DNA from: a virus
Virus record (IMG/VR): IMGVR_UViG_3300010399_000032
DNA length: 64,000 nucleotides
Strand: one strand, 5' to 3'
The notes under the pieces were generated by a model that was given only the letters and a program-made list of their open reading frames with translations, did no database searches and was not told where the DNA came from. Below, piece by piece: positions 10,011 to 20,149 of this stretch (the first letter of the stretch is position 1; every line of letters starts with the position of its first letter). Position numbers and translations under genes: made by a program.

Positions 10011-10511
10011 TTAATTCCAAGATTGAATCTCTGGTTTGAGATTGGGGCCCTGGATTCGCCGCTTGACAGATTCGTGATTAGATTTCTTTTTTGGGACAAT
10101 TTTTCGTTCCGGTTCTTTCTTTTCTACTGCGGCATCCTCGGCTTCCTCAGCCTTATCAATTTCTTCGGAAACGAGGGGTTTATTCTTAATATACTTTTCG
10201 TAAATCTTATATGCTTGACTTTTCTTTTCGGTAATCTGACTCATCGTGCCTGTCCTATTAACTGGTTTAGAATTAAGATCACCAATCTTTTCTCGGTTCA
10301 ACCATGCATCCGGTTCTGTGCCGGCAGGATTATTGGTAAGTTGCAAATCCTGCTCACCAGGTGGTTGGAATCTCTGGGATGAGTACCCCAAAGGATAATT
10401 TGTGGGTTGTAATTGGGTTTGGGCCCCAGGAGTAATTTCAGGATTGAGGTCCTGATTGGTAACCTGTTGTTCCTTTAGCCTATACTTTTGCACTTGGTAC
10501 GATTTCCGCAA
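10011..10511 (-). CDS. Hypothetical protein (possibly a frameshift continuation of the upstream ORF)
   Basis: TTG start overlapping the upstream ORF; LKE/VSE sites. Confidence 0.5.
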   Translation of the reverse strand: MRKSYQVQKYRLKEQQVTNQDLNPEITPGAQTQLQPTNYPLGYSSQRFQPPGEQDLQLTNNPAGTEPDAWLNREKIGDLNSKPVNRTGTMSQITEKKSQAYKIYEKYIKNKPLVSEEIDKAEEAEDAAVEKKEPERKIVPKKKSNHESVKRRIQGPNLKPEIQSWN

Positions 10512-12003
10512 TTACAGAAGTCATGGTGCGATATTTTGGCTTAGCCTTTGGTTTGGTTTCTTCAACTGCTTCCTTAAGTGCCTGCTTGACAAAATCTTGT
10601 GATAATGGTGGTTGTGTTGAATTTGACACTTCCTTATTCACATCAAATGGAACAGTTGAAGGTGAGGAATTTTGAGGAGAAAATGAACCACCAGCTTTTT
10701 CAAAATCAGTTGAAATGTCCTTAGTTGGTGCTGGTTGCGGTGCCGTCAAAGTTGTTGACTGAGTAAGACCGGCATCTGCTCTAGCGGCTCCAGCGGCCTG
10801 TAATTGACCTACGTTTGGAGTTTCCTTTTCAGGAGTTTCACGAGATGCTGTCATTGCGGCAGTTGGAGTTGCTGGAGTTGGAGCGGCTTTACCTAAATTG
10901 GATTTCCATTGATTATCCGTTTCACCCTTCATCCTGGTATTATATGATTTACCATGGTATGTAAAGGTTGTTTCACCGGATTTGCGGGCTAGATCAAAGG
11001 CATTATTAAATCCCTCATCCAAAGCCTGTTCACCAAGGTTTTTCTTGATTTCTTCCATCACCTGATTATAGGTTGGTGGAGTCTTCGATTCATCTATACG
11101 CTTTGGTGATTTTTTCTTTGAATCGGTATATTTCTTTACAGCTTCCTTGGCCCAATCACCATCATCCTGGTCTTCCTTGACATGAGTTGGATATTTACCT
11201 GGATGCTTTGCGCGGAGTTTAGACAAAATAGCACCAGCTACGCGGGCACCAGCTTCCTTTGAACCATATTCCTTTTCTGCGGCTCCTTCAATTTTCTTGA
11301 AGTTTTTGCCTGGCTTTCCGATATCCTTACCTTCAGCCAACTCAGCATCCTTGAGGTCTTTCTGGATGCTGGCTTCTCGCTTTGAAATATCTGTAGCAGC
11401 ATCGTCATCATCCCGGGCAGAAAGATCATCCTTAACAAATGGAGCGTTCTGTGAAGACGCGGCAATTGCGGTATTACGTGGAGTTTGGTCTTCCTGATCT
11501 TCATAGACGGCTACGCTTGGAGAACCTTGAGAAGTACTGATAGATTGAGTACCTTCCTTCAACCATTGACGGTTTCTATGATGTTCTGATCGAAGATTGG
11601 CCACAAAAGAAGCATGATGTGACTTTAACATATCTTCCATTGCTTTACGGTTATCGGCCGCCCATGACATACCGGTTGGACCGTGTTCACCATGCCATTC
11701 GGCACCTTCTTTCCACACATGCCCATAAACATTACCCTTTTCATCCTTTAGTTCTTTATTGATGGGGACCGAAGTCCTGCTCTCCAATAGAGATTTAATC
11801 TTACTAATGTCCTGGAGACCTTCGGTAAGAGCCTGAGAAAGGAATTGATCGTATTCCGCCTGCTTCTCATTTGGAAGCTGACGGCGAGATTGGATACCAT
11901 AGGATTCGTTCACCATTGTTTCAATCTGGCGACGGGTACCATTCTCCTGCATAATTTTCTTGGCTGCGTCAGCCAGAGGATTTGCTTTTTTGAAGTCAAA
12001 CAT
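10480..12003 (-). CDS. Putative prohead core/internal polyprotein
   Basis: Low-complexity protein with many I/L-x-E sites; late-promoter-like TAAATA near 12033. Confidence 0.55.
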   Translation of the reverse strand: MFDFKKANPLADAAKKIMQENGTRRQIETMVNESYGIQSRRQLPNEKQAEYDQFLSQALTEGLQDISKIKSLLESRTSVPINKELKDEKGNVYGHVWKEGAEWHGEHGPTGMSWAADNRKAMEDMLKSHHASFVANLRSEHHRNRQWLKEGTQSISTSQGSPSVAVYEDQEDQTPRNTAIAASSQNAPFVKDDLSARDDDDAATDISKREASIQKDLKDAELAEGKDIGKPGKNFKKIEGAAEKEYGSKEAGARVAGAILSKLRAKHPGKYPTHVKEDQDDGDWAKEAVKKYTDSKKKSPKRIDESKTPPTYNQVMEEIKKNLGEQALDEGFNNAFDLARKSGETTFTYHGKSYNTRMKGETDNQWKSNLGKAAPTPATPTAAMTASRETPEKETPNVGQLQAAGAARADAGLTQSTTLTAPQPAPTKDISTDFEKAGGSFSPQNSSPSTVPFDVNKEVSNSTQPPLSQDFVKQALKEAVEETKPKAKPKYRTMTSVIAEIVPSAKV

Positions 12004-12045
12004 TGGTGTTATCCCTTTTAAACTGTTATTATTATTTATCATTTT

Positions 12046-14613
12046 TTAGTATTGCGCTAGGCGATGTGCTGTTTCCAGCAACTTCGTAACACCTTTATCA
12101 CCATATTTCTTAACGAAACGATTATATGTATCTTCTTTTAGAGCCCATTCACGAATGGACTTATTTTCTGGAAGCTTTGATTCATACATTTTTGACCAAT
12201 ATGGGAATCCGGAACCAACCAAGGCTGGTGCTTTACCCATATCAAATTCTGGTCCGATACCCACGGAAGCTGCGGCTTCCTTATCATCCGGATCATCAAC
12301 GCCTTCCAGTTTAATTCCCCATTTTCCTTGACCATTTTCCTCCGCAAAAGCCTTAAAAGCTTTGTCGATATTAATAGTTTTCTTATGGAGATGTGCTTGG
12401 ATGACCTTATTAAGTGGATTCCCACGGGCATCTTTCATGACTGTACCAACAGGAGGAGGACCATTGGTCTTTCCTTTAACTTGTTTTGGCACAACAATTT
12501 TTGGTTTAGCAATAGGAGTCTTCGGATTCTTATTGCGGGCATGTTCCATCTTTTCCAACCAGGCATCTGTCATTTCACCAACTTGTTTTGTTGAATGAAT
12601 CTTTCCACCATGATTAAATGAGAGTGAGCCGGATTCTCGGGCAGCCAATTGCGCCTCGGGGAATGATAGTTCGGCTTTAGGTTTTGTTTTGGTATTAGTA
12701 TTCTTATTATTCATTGTTTCTTCCTGAATCATATGTGGTTTCAATACCAGGCGACCATTCTGTGAAATGTGTGTTACTGTATTGATACCATTGATTGTTT
12801 TTCCGTAACGACCAAATCCATAATATGTCAAACCAAGAGCCCGGGCTTGCAACCTCTCGGACTCCGATGCTTTACCGATTGATCGATTGAGTTTTGGAGT
12901 TCTGTATTGTGTAATATGTTGGGTGGCCAATTGGGAATGAACATAATCATTAGCCCTAATTGTAGTAGGAGCCGAAACGAACGTTCGGATCTTCTTGAAA
13001 ACCTTAGAAAATTGATCTTTAATATGATCCTTTTGTTCCGGGGTAGCGGAATGCATATCAATATCATTATTGATAACAGTGAAATTATTTTCACCAAATA
13101 GACCCTGGAGTTCGGTCTTAGCCTTTTGAGCAGCTTCCCATTTACCTTTTCGTATATCCTCCGGTACGGTTCGGCCACCCTTATGACCTCGGTCAATATT
13201 TCTATTCTTGGATACCTCATTGGAAGTATCCACAAATACCATCATGGTTTGATAACCTAGATTTTCCAGTGTTTCCTTGACCTGCTTGATTTTTTGTGGA
13301 TCGTCCGCGGTACCATTGATAACTAAACCGTGACGATTCATTAAGGAAAGCCTTTGTTTTTCCTGAGAAATCATTTTGGCCCGACCACGGACCAAATTTC
13401 GAGCATGGAGTTCATTGGATGGCATTTTCATGTCCAATCCAGTACGTTTCATTAAATATTCAAAAGCAATATCTTGGTTGATTTCTTTTAATCCATGCCC
13501 ATCCAGGGCATTGTGCATGACATAATCTTTACCTGAACCAGGACCACCAGCCAAGAAAACGGCCTTGAAGATGCCGGCGTCATTGATACCTTCTGATAAA
13601 TTCTGTTCCGTGACATATTGAGCATCAAAAACTTGTGGATATTTCTTCCCATAATGACGCATGATCTTACCGGCCTCGGAATTGGCTTCATTTTCAATAT
13701 CCGAACCAGTTGCACCATTGGCTACAATATCATCTAATCGCCCATCTTCATTCTGTTTATGATGGACCAATTCATGCGCAACCGTCCTATAGATATCCAT
13801 TGGGTGCCTATTTTTAGTTACCACATGGATTGTGGCTTCGGATGGGCTATATCCACCAAAAGATGGTTGATCACCTTCATCATCCTTTTTAAGATGAATA
13901 AGAGGTTTTTTCTTAAGTTTAAGTTGATCATGGGCAAAATCGACAAAAGACGCCAGCATTGGCCCAAAACTTTTATGGGTCAATTCAGTCTTATCTACAA
14001 CATTAATGGCTGGTATTGGCTCAACCTTATCTTCTTTTAAATGTTTACATACATCCTTGAAGATTTCCTTTGAAACCTGGAGATTGTTGGTGGGGGTGTA
14101 ATGGGCGAATGACTTAAAATCTCCATTACGGGCAAAGTCTCGCATCTTAGTACCTGAAGCCCCTTCAGCACCTTCAGCATCAGGATCACGATCCCCCGCA
14201 GAAATTACGTGGAATTTATCCAAATCATAGTGTTTTTTTGGATCATACCCGGATTCCGTCTTCTTTTTGATATATTTACCAATCGACCGCTGCATTTCGG
14301 GTACACGGTCTTGCCCGACAACCATAGTTACATGTTTGTAACCTTCGTCGGCCAGTTTACGAACAACATGATGGGGGGAAATAGAATCATCGGAAATGAC
14401 ATTAGCCTCAGGAAATAGCTTCCTAAGGTGATGTATTTTTCGATCATAGGGGAGGGGATTTTTTGCAGAGTCATGGGAATGACTAGCATAGATTCTGGGT
14501 TCAGCCCCAGTTTCTTTAGCAACGGTCGTTACTTTATCGATTAATTTTTTGTGCCCAATCGTGGGAGATTGAAATCTTCCAAAAGTGAAGACGACGTGCT
14601 TATTTTGATCCAT
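12046..14613 (-). CDS. Multidomain protein: cytidylyltransferase-like NTase + HExxH zincin + P-loop kinase
   Basis: FGRFQSPTIGH; AHELVHH...ENEAN; FLAGGPGSGK; domains separated by LKE, LSE and IQE sites. Confidence 0.8.
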   Translation of the reverse strand: MDQNKHVVFTFGRFQSPTIGHKKLIDKVTTVAKETGAEPRIYASHSHDSAKNPLPYDRKIHHLRKLFPEANVISDDSISPHHVVRKLADEGYKHVTMVVGQDRVPEMQRSIGKYIKKKTESGYDPKKHYDLDKFHVISAGDRDPDAEGAEGASGTKMRDFARNGDFKSFAHYTPTNNLQVSKEIFKDVCKHLKEDKVEPIPAINVVDKTELTHKSFGPMLASFVDFAHDQLKLKKKPLIHLKKDDEGDQPSFGGYSPSEATIHVVTKNRHPMDIYRTVAHELVHHKQNEDGRLDDIVANGATGSDIENEANSEAGKIMRHYGKKYPQVFDAQYVTEQNLSEGINDAGIFKAVFLAGGPGSGKDYVMHNALDGHGLKEINQDIAFEYLMKRTGLDMKMPSNELHARNLVRGRAKMISQEKQRLSLMNRHGLVINGTADDPQKIKQVKETLENLGYQTMMVFVDTSNEVSKNRNIDRGHKGGRTVPEDIRKGKWEAAQKAKTELQGLFGENNFTVINNDIDMHSATPEQKDHIKDQFSKVFKKIRTFVSAPTTIRANDYVHSQLATQHITQYRTPKLNRSIGKASESERLQARALGLTYYGFGRYGKTINGINTVTHISQNGRLVLKPHMIQEETMNNKNTNTKTKPKAELSFPEAQLAARESGSLSFNHGGKIHSTKQVGEMTDAWLEKMEHARNKNPKTPIAKPKIVVPKQVKGKTNGPPPVGTVMKDARGNPLNKVIQAHLHKKTINIDKAFKAFAEENGQGKWGIKLEGVDDPDDKEAAASVGIGPEFDMGKAPALVGSGFPYWSKMYESKLPENKSIREWALKEDTYNRFVKKYGDKGVTKLLETAHRLAQY

Positions 14614-14641
14614 TCTTTCCCTCTACAGGAATTATCTGGAC

Positions 14642-15694
14642 CTATTTATACAAACGTGCTTCCTGAGCCTCAAGGAGGGTTTTTTTAAGGGTATTTCGCA
14701 TTTTGGTGCGTTGCTCGGAGTCTTTTAGGGACCTCTTTTGTACCTTTGGATATGAATTGGCGGCCGCCATAAGATCCAAAATGCCAGTATGAACACGAAC
14801 CACAGCTATTTTCTTCTCGGGGGTCGAATTCATATGCCCCAACCAGCGGTGATGCCCATCCAAAATATACCCTTCCCGTGATATGATAGATGGTTTCAGT
14901 TTAGGTTTGGTTCGGATAATTGACCGGATAATCTTATGACTGAATTCTTTCTGGGTCGCCTTTAATGTTTTAGGATCGACCATTTCATGGGAATATTTAA
15001 AACCGTTAGTGGAAAGATGCTTAAGGAAAGAATCGTGATCCGATCCGATCTGGGGCATCATATCTCGCGATATATTAAGAGTTTCATTTGGTATATGAAT
15101 CTTACCTTCGGAAAGAACCTTATAAGGATGGACCTGATCTTCTTTATCGATCCAAAAGCCCTCAAAGGTTATTCGATGATTCATAGGCCCAAGTTTGATC
15201 ATGGCATCCAAGTTCTCCTTGGAGTCATCCCAGATCACAATTCGATCATATTTACCAGTCGTGATATATTTTTTAAGGATTATACTCTTTGATTCAGAAG
15301 TTTTTAGGTGAGCACCTAAATTACCAGCTAATTCAACCTCAACTTTATCGATAGGAAAACCATGATCACGAAAGGTGGAAATAAATTCATGGTGATCATT
15401 AAAATTTGCCCGGGCAGTCAAAAGAATGGTGGTTGATGACTCATGCATATTATGCACAATATCTTTGGCTTGATTTAGAACATGAAGGATAGGAACCGCG
15501 GAAGATCGGAATTGCTTACCTGAACGGAATTCAGAAAAATCAAAACTCTCCCCATCCTCCAAACTGTAATTGTTGAAAGTATGAGGAGGCAATTTTTTGG
15601 AGTCACCATTCGTGTGATTAACAATCACACTAGCGGAGGTATGAAAGAGAGTATCATCAATATCAAAGACGTAAAGTGTTCTAGGGGTTATCAT
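14642..15694 (-). CDS. HAD-family phosphatase fused to a ParB/Srx-like domain
   Basis: FDIDDTL, LTAR, WDDS; C-terminal ILDGHHRW; LSE linker. Confidence 0.8.
   Translation of the reverse strand: MITPRTLYVFDIDDTLFHTSASVIVNHTNGDSKKLPPHTFNNYSLEDGESFDFSEFRSGKQFRSSAVPILHVLNQAKDIVHNMHESSTTILLTARANFNDHHEFISTFRDHGFPIDKVEVELAGNLGAHLKTSESKSIILKKYITTGKYDRIVIWDDSKENLDAMIKLGPMNHRITFEGFWIDKEDQVHPYKVLSEGKIHIPNETLNISRDMMPQIGSDHDSFLKHLSTNGFKYSHEMVDPKTLKATQKEFSHKIIRSIIRTKPKLKPSIISREGYILDGHHRWLGHMNSTPEKKIAVVRVHTGILDLMAAANSYPKVQKRSLKDSEQRTKMRNTLKKTLLEAQEARLYK
14643..14650 (-). promoter_or_regulatory. T4-type late promoter TATAAATA
   Basis: Exact consensus ~30 nt upstream of the 855-aa gene. Confidence 0.75.
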
Positions 15695-15878
15695 TAAATT
15701 TTGATATCAAATAGTGTTTGTAACCATGAAATATCAGAAAAAAGTAAAGCAAATGACCGAGCCGATAATCTGATCGAATGAAGGTAATAGGTGGTTGGGC
15801 TAGACGGATCATCCTGAGACCTACCGTATATTCCCATAGCTAACCAATTTGCTAAGATTTTATTTGAGTCATCTAACA

Positions 15879-17105
15879 TCATTTATCCCATTCCTTTGCG
15901 GCGGTAAAATTCGCGTGGCTGAATTCTAACTGATTAATTAGTTTGACGGCATTCCCTGTTACAGCATGAACCGCAACGAATCCTTCGGGATTTGTTACTC
16001 GGTATCCATCATCCGTTTTGAGGAAATGCCCAATATCTCTAATTTGTTGTAGTTTCTTGACAATCATATTTTTGGCCTTATCAAATAGGTTCTGAAGGTC
16101 AAACATATTTTTGAGATTGTTGATGTTTTTTTGGAAGAAGTTCATAATTATGTTTTTTTCCTTTTCACGTTTTAGTTTGGTATCTTCTTTTTTAGCTTCA
16201 ATAATAGCTTGATTGAGTTTATGATTGAGATTGATCAAAAAATCCCTGGCATGAGCAATGGTATCAGAAATCGCTGATCCTTCCCGGACCTTGGAATTAT
16301 TCCATGTCAAAATTTCTGTACTGTAAACAGAATTTCCAGCTACTTGATTCAAGAAACTGGGAGAAATTTCTTTCCATATACCCTTGGCCTTGTCGATCAA
16401 ATCATCAATATTCTTTCTCTCGGCATCAGTTAAAGTTGCGGCCCCGGATACATCAGTATAAGAAGCATCCCGAAACCAAACATCCTTAGTATGGTTCAGG
16501 GCCCCAATATCTACTCCGAATTTTGCTTTAGAATCTGCCAACGTAGCTCCATTATAAGATGTATGCCAGACGACCCCCATACGTGAGGTGGAAATTTGGT
16601 GCTCCAAGGTCGTCCCTTTAGGTACGGCATAGACAATTGTATTGGGTTGGAATGTAACGTAATCATTTCCATCAATCTTAGAGGTTTTAAGGTCATCATG
16701 AGTGAACATCATATCTCCCTGCAAGATACCTTTAATTCCTAATTCAGGAAGGTATTGCAGAGCTATTTTAAGTTTATTTGCCAAGCCAGGTGATCCTGGG
16801 TAATTCCTATCTATATCGGAAGGAGTATAGTTCAATTTTGCATTTTGTGCAAATATTCCTTTAGTTCCAACGAAAAACTTCTTGTTATCAGGGTTGATAC
16901 CTGCAAATATAGCAGGTGCTCCATCCCATTTTACTGTAACATCAATAGGGATTTTACTCGTTCCTACTGATAGCATATCAGTTAAAGATGTAAGGAATTC
17001 AATAGCTTCCTTCGTTCCTTCCATACCACCAAGGACGACCTTGTCCTGTAGATGTGTAAGGTGGAGATTTTTACCTTCGGCGGCTTCTAATAGAAAATGA
17101 TCCAT
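15879..17105 (-). CDS. Conserved T4-like protein with RNA-ligase-like nucleotidyltransferase motif (DUF6267-like)
   Basis: TVKWDGAP (KxDG), QGD, PEGFV; N-terminus MDHFLLE/A. Confidence 0.65.
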   Translation of the reverse strand: MDHFLLEAAEGKNLHLTHLQDKVVLGGMEGTKEAIEFLTSLTDMLSVGTSKIPIDVTVKWDGAPAIFAGINPDNKKFFVGTKGIFAQNAKLNYTPSDIDRNYPGSPGLANKLKIALQYLPELGIKGILQGDMMFTHDDLKTSKIDGNDYVTFQPNTIVYAVPKGTTLEHQISTSRMGVVWHTSYNGATLADSKAKFGVDIGALNHTKDVWFRDASYTDVSGAATLTDAERKNIDDLIDKAKGIWKEISPSFLNQVAGNSVYSTEILTWNNSKVREGSAISDTIAHARDFLINLNHKLNQAIIEAKKEDTKLKREKEKNIIMNFFQKNINNLKNMFDLQNLFDKAKNMIVKKLQQIRDIGHFLKTDDGYRVTNPEGFVAVHAVTGNAVKLINQLEFSHANFTAAKEWDK

Positions 17106-17106
17106 G

Positions 17107-18036
17107 TTATTCGATCCATTGTGTGACTGCACGCGAATCTCGGGGCTGGATAGCAAAACGGGCCCCCGCTACCCCAAACTGGGACCGGTCGCCCTTATAC
17201 ATACACATAAAGACTGGGGTATATCCACCAGACATTCTATCACCATTTTCATGTGAGTGATTAGCTTTAAATTCAAAGGAATTTCCGTATTTGGTTACCT
17301 TAACAGGTCCTTGGAGTACAACCGAGACATTATTCAATCCAAAGGGAGATGATTTGGAATAATCCACTCCATAAATTGCCATAGCTTGTAGATTGAATGA
17401 TGTAATTTCCTTTGCGACAGTGGTTGCCCTTGGGATTCCTTCCGGAAACATATCTTGCATCTGTTGGATAAAATCTTGAGATTCTGGATGGCTGGCAATC
17501 GCAGGATCAGTCATACCACCCCATTGTTGGAAATCTCGTGGGGTTGAACCTTCTTTATGTGATAACCAGATGATTTCATTACCATTTTTATCGAGGATGG
17601 AGAAATCTGATTTGGGAACACCAAAAGTTTTTATACAAGAAACGGCTTGATATTTAAAGTTTTTGACCTTAATGGGAATATAACCAAGCCCGGTCTTAGA
17701 TCGAATCTCATCAAATTGCTTATTGATTGAGTTTATCTCTCGGGTTTCAATGCCAACACCCGCACCTCCACCATCCGGTTTACCACCAAATTCAACAGTT
17801 TTCTTGAATGAAGATAGTTTATAGGTGCGGGTTTTAACTCGGGCATCAATAAATTCGAGTTTCTGATACTCCGAATTCTTTCTCCTCATCAGGACAACTA
17901 AATTTTCCTTTTCGATGAGTAGCTTAACCGATTGACCTGAATTAAGTTCGAATGGTTCACCTGCTTCATACTTTTCTATGAACTTATCAACTCGCCAGTC
18001 ATATTTTAATAATTCGGAAGGAGATAAGCTGGCCAT
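17107..18036 (-). CDS. Putative PD-(D/E)xK-fold nuclease-like protein
   Basis: PKSDF...LSHK...FQQWGG pattern. Confidence 0.45.
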   Translation of the reverse strand: MASLSPSELLKYDWRVDKFIEKYEAGEPFELNSGQSVKLLIEKENLVVLMRRKNSEYQKLEFIDARVKTRTYKLSSFKKTVEFGGKPDGGGAGVGIETREINSINKQFDEIRSKTGLGYIPIKVKNFKYQAVSCIKTFGVPKSDFSILDKNGNEIIWLSHKEGSTPRDFQQWGGMTDPAIASHPESQDFIQQMQDMFPEGIPRATTVAKEITSFNLQAMAIYGVDYSKSSPFGLNNVSVVLQGPVKVTKYGNSFEFKANHSHENGDRMSGGYTPVFMCMYKGDRSQFGVAGARFAIQPRDSRAVTQWIE

Positions 18037-18043
18037 GGTGATC

Positions 18044-18511
18044 CTATAGTTGTTGGGCGCAGGTTGTCAAGGCTCCCTTCATTCCGATGGTTGAACCAAT
18101 AGAATCGGTAAACATCTGACCTGCAAGATTTACAGTCATCTTCGTGTATTTAGATGTATCCAATGATGATGGAAAGCCTGTAATCTGGATGGTGTGAGGA
18201 TTCACCCTGGTATAATGCATTACCATGGTAGATGATTTATGACCATTTCCGGAAAGAGATAACGACAAAACACCAGAACTGGCTGGAATGACCACATTAG
18301 GAACATAGGCCAGGACCAATGGAGTTGGATTGAAAACGTTGAAACCTTTTTTCAACTCAATCTTGAGTACATTAGAATTCACCACTTTAGAGGCGATGCA
18401 GGCATCCGCTACTTGGGTAATATTCCAACCACTCACCGATTGTTGGAAAGATGCAAATGATGGTGTTGCGAGGAGAGGCAACATGAGGAGGGAAAGTAAT
18501 AGCTTTTTCAT
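18044..18511 (-). CDS. Secreted/periplasmic protein
   Basis: Classical signal peptide MKKLLLSLLMLPLLATPSFA. Confidence 0.6.
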   Translation of the reverse strand: MKKLLLSLLMLPLLATPSFASFQQSVSGWNITQVADACIASKVVNSNVLKIELKKGFNVFNPTPLVLAYVPNVVIPASSGVLSLSLSGNGHKSSTMVMHYTRVNPHTIQITGFPSSLDTSKYTKMTVNLAGQMFTDSIGSTIGMKGALTTCAQQL

Positions 18512-18530
18512 TATGGTTCCTTAAGACATG

Positions 18531-18559
18531 AAAACCCGGATCAATGGGTTGATCCGGGC
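18531..18559 (-). terminator. Rho-independent terminator
   Basis: CCCGGATCAA/TTGATCCGGG hairpin followed by a T-run on the minus strand. Confidence 0.65.
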
Positions 18560-18597
18560 TGGGGTGGTAGAAGGTCGACGCAAGACCATGTTAGTAT

Positions 18598-19149
18598 TTA
18601 GGTTAACGTCTTCATTACAGCATCAAACCATTCTTTGTAACCCTTTGCCTTATTGGCTTCTTCGACCACTTTTCCTTCATAATAGGTAACGTTCTTAATG
18701 ACACTCACATAGGTATCCTTATACCAATCTTCATAGGATCGCACATCGAATGTCTCAGAGTAATAATTGGTTGGTTTTGATATAAGGAGTTGATCAATCA
18801 TAAACTTTTTGAATTGTTCATGCTCCGGAGTAGGCGGGATCCAGGCCTGGGCCTGTTCTAGGACTCGATTGTAATTTTCCAAGGATACATTGTATCGATT
18901 AATGTAATCCTGGTTTTCTTTTTCTTGGTCTTCCTTATATGAATTATATTCCTTGAGGAGTTCATCGGGAGATTTGGCTAGAAATTCATCCCGCTCGTCC
19001 ATAGCTTCTTCCAAAGCTTTGGAGTAATAATCATTGGGTTTGGTGAAATCGACACCATCCCAACTTACAAAGGCTCGGGTGCAATCTTTGGCAAAATCTT
19101 CGAAGGATTGACCTTCTTCGATAACCTTATATGTGTATCCTGTAGGCAT
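18598..19149 (-). CDS. Conserved phage hypothetical protein
   Basis: MPTGYT...F..DCTRAF...W.PPTPEH..FKKFMIDQL. Confidence 0.65.
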   Translation of the reverse strand: MPTGYTYKVIEEGQSFEDFAKDCTRAFVSWDGVDFTKPNDYYSKALEEAMDERDEFLAKSPDELLKEYNSYKEDQEKENQDYINRYNVSLENYNRVLEQAQAWIPPTPEHEQFKKFMIDQLLISKPTNYYSETFDVRSYEDWYKDTYVSVIKNVTYYEGKVVEEANKAKGYKEWFDAVMKTLT

Positions 19150-19167
19150 TCACTTTCTCCATAATAA

Positions 19168-19260
19168 TGGCGGATGGTGAGGGATTCGAACCCCCGGAAG
19201 ATCGTTTAGACCTTCACTTATTTAGCAAATAAGCAGCATAAGCCTCTCGCTCAACCATCC
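19168..19260 (-). tRNA. tRNA-Ser(GCT)
   Basis: Cloverleaf with long variable arm, TTCGAAT, G73, CCA. Confidence 0.92.
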
Positions 19261-19532
19261 ACTAACTTTTGTGCTATTTCCGCCGCTTCCTCTAGGGTAT
19301 ATCTGGCGCGCCGGAAAAAATCATCATCCCGATAAGAGGGGATTGGTTCATATTCCCAATCCCTTTCCGTTGTATAAACGGATGAACCATTCGAAACTGC
19401 CCATCCTTTATTAGCTTCGGTTGCACGTTCTTTACCTAAACGCTTAACGACCCAGACATTATAGTGAGGATATTCTTTGGTTTCTCCAAACCAAAATCTG
19501 TCGGCCTTGGAGAGTAGCTCCTCATTTGTCAT
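19251..19532 (-). CDS. Hypothetical protein
   Basis: WEYEPIPSYRDDDF motif; ORF in operon. Confidence 0.6.
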   Translation of the reverse strand: MTNEELLSKADRFWFGETKEYPHYNVWVVKRLGKERATEANKGWAVSNGSSVYTTERDWEYEPIPSYRDDDFFRRARYTLEEAAEIAQKLVDG

Positions 19533-19648
19533 AATTTCTCACCTTAAAATTTTCGGATATATTGTGGCCACGGACCACCATAATCATACCCCCTAACATA
19601 TACCATCCAGGAGGTTCATTTTTAATCAATTGGCATACACGGATCCTA

Positions 19649-20149
19649 TTAAGCCGCTTTTTCAATCGGCCTATCGTGCATATAATCCTTGAGGCGGTCG
19701 GCACCGAATGATGCAGCCCATGCATTTGGTTTCACCATAGGCACCACATTACATGTACCACGGATATAACCAATAGCTTCCTGCACCACGCAAGATGAAC
19801 CAAACTTCTCATCTGGGTTAATATCAAGATGGATTTCTACCTCACGGTCCTCCAAAACATCGGAAAGCTGGAGGTACATACCAGAGGTACGGTAAACCTC
19901 ATTCATGAGGCGCATTGATGGTCGATCCTTGCGCTGGTCAAAATCGCGTTCCCGCTCAATCTGACCAAATACACGGCAACCATTATGCCCATTGATATGG
20001 ACAACCACCACAGTCATATAGTCGGCATACCATTCTCCATTGAACTTGAATCGTTCGGAGTCTGAACCGATATAGACTTTGGTTTCTGGTGACTGGTTAC
20101 GGATAAATTCCTTAACCGCCTGGATATCCATTGCTTTTCTCATAGTCAT
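19649..20149 (-). CDS. RNase H-like protein (DUF458/YkuK family)
   Basis: YIGSDS, RLMNEV, EIHLDIN, KPNAWAASFGAD. Confidence 0.8.
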   Translation of the reverse strand: MTMRKAMDIQAVKEFIRNQSPETKVYIGSDSERFKFNGEWYADYMTVVVVHINGHNGCRVFGQIERERDFDQRKDRPSMRLMNEVYRTSGMYLQLSDVLEDREVEIHLDINPDEKFGSSCVVQEAIGYIRGTCNVVPMVKPNAWAASFGADRLKDYMHDRPIEKAA

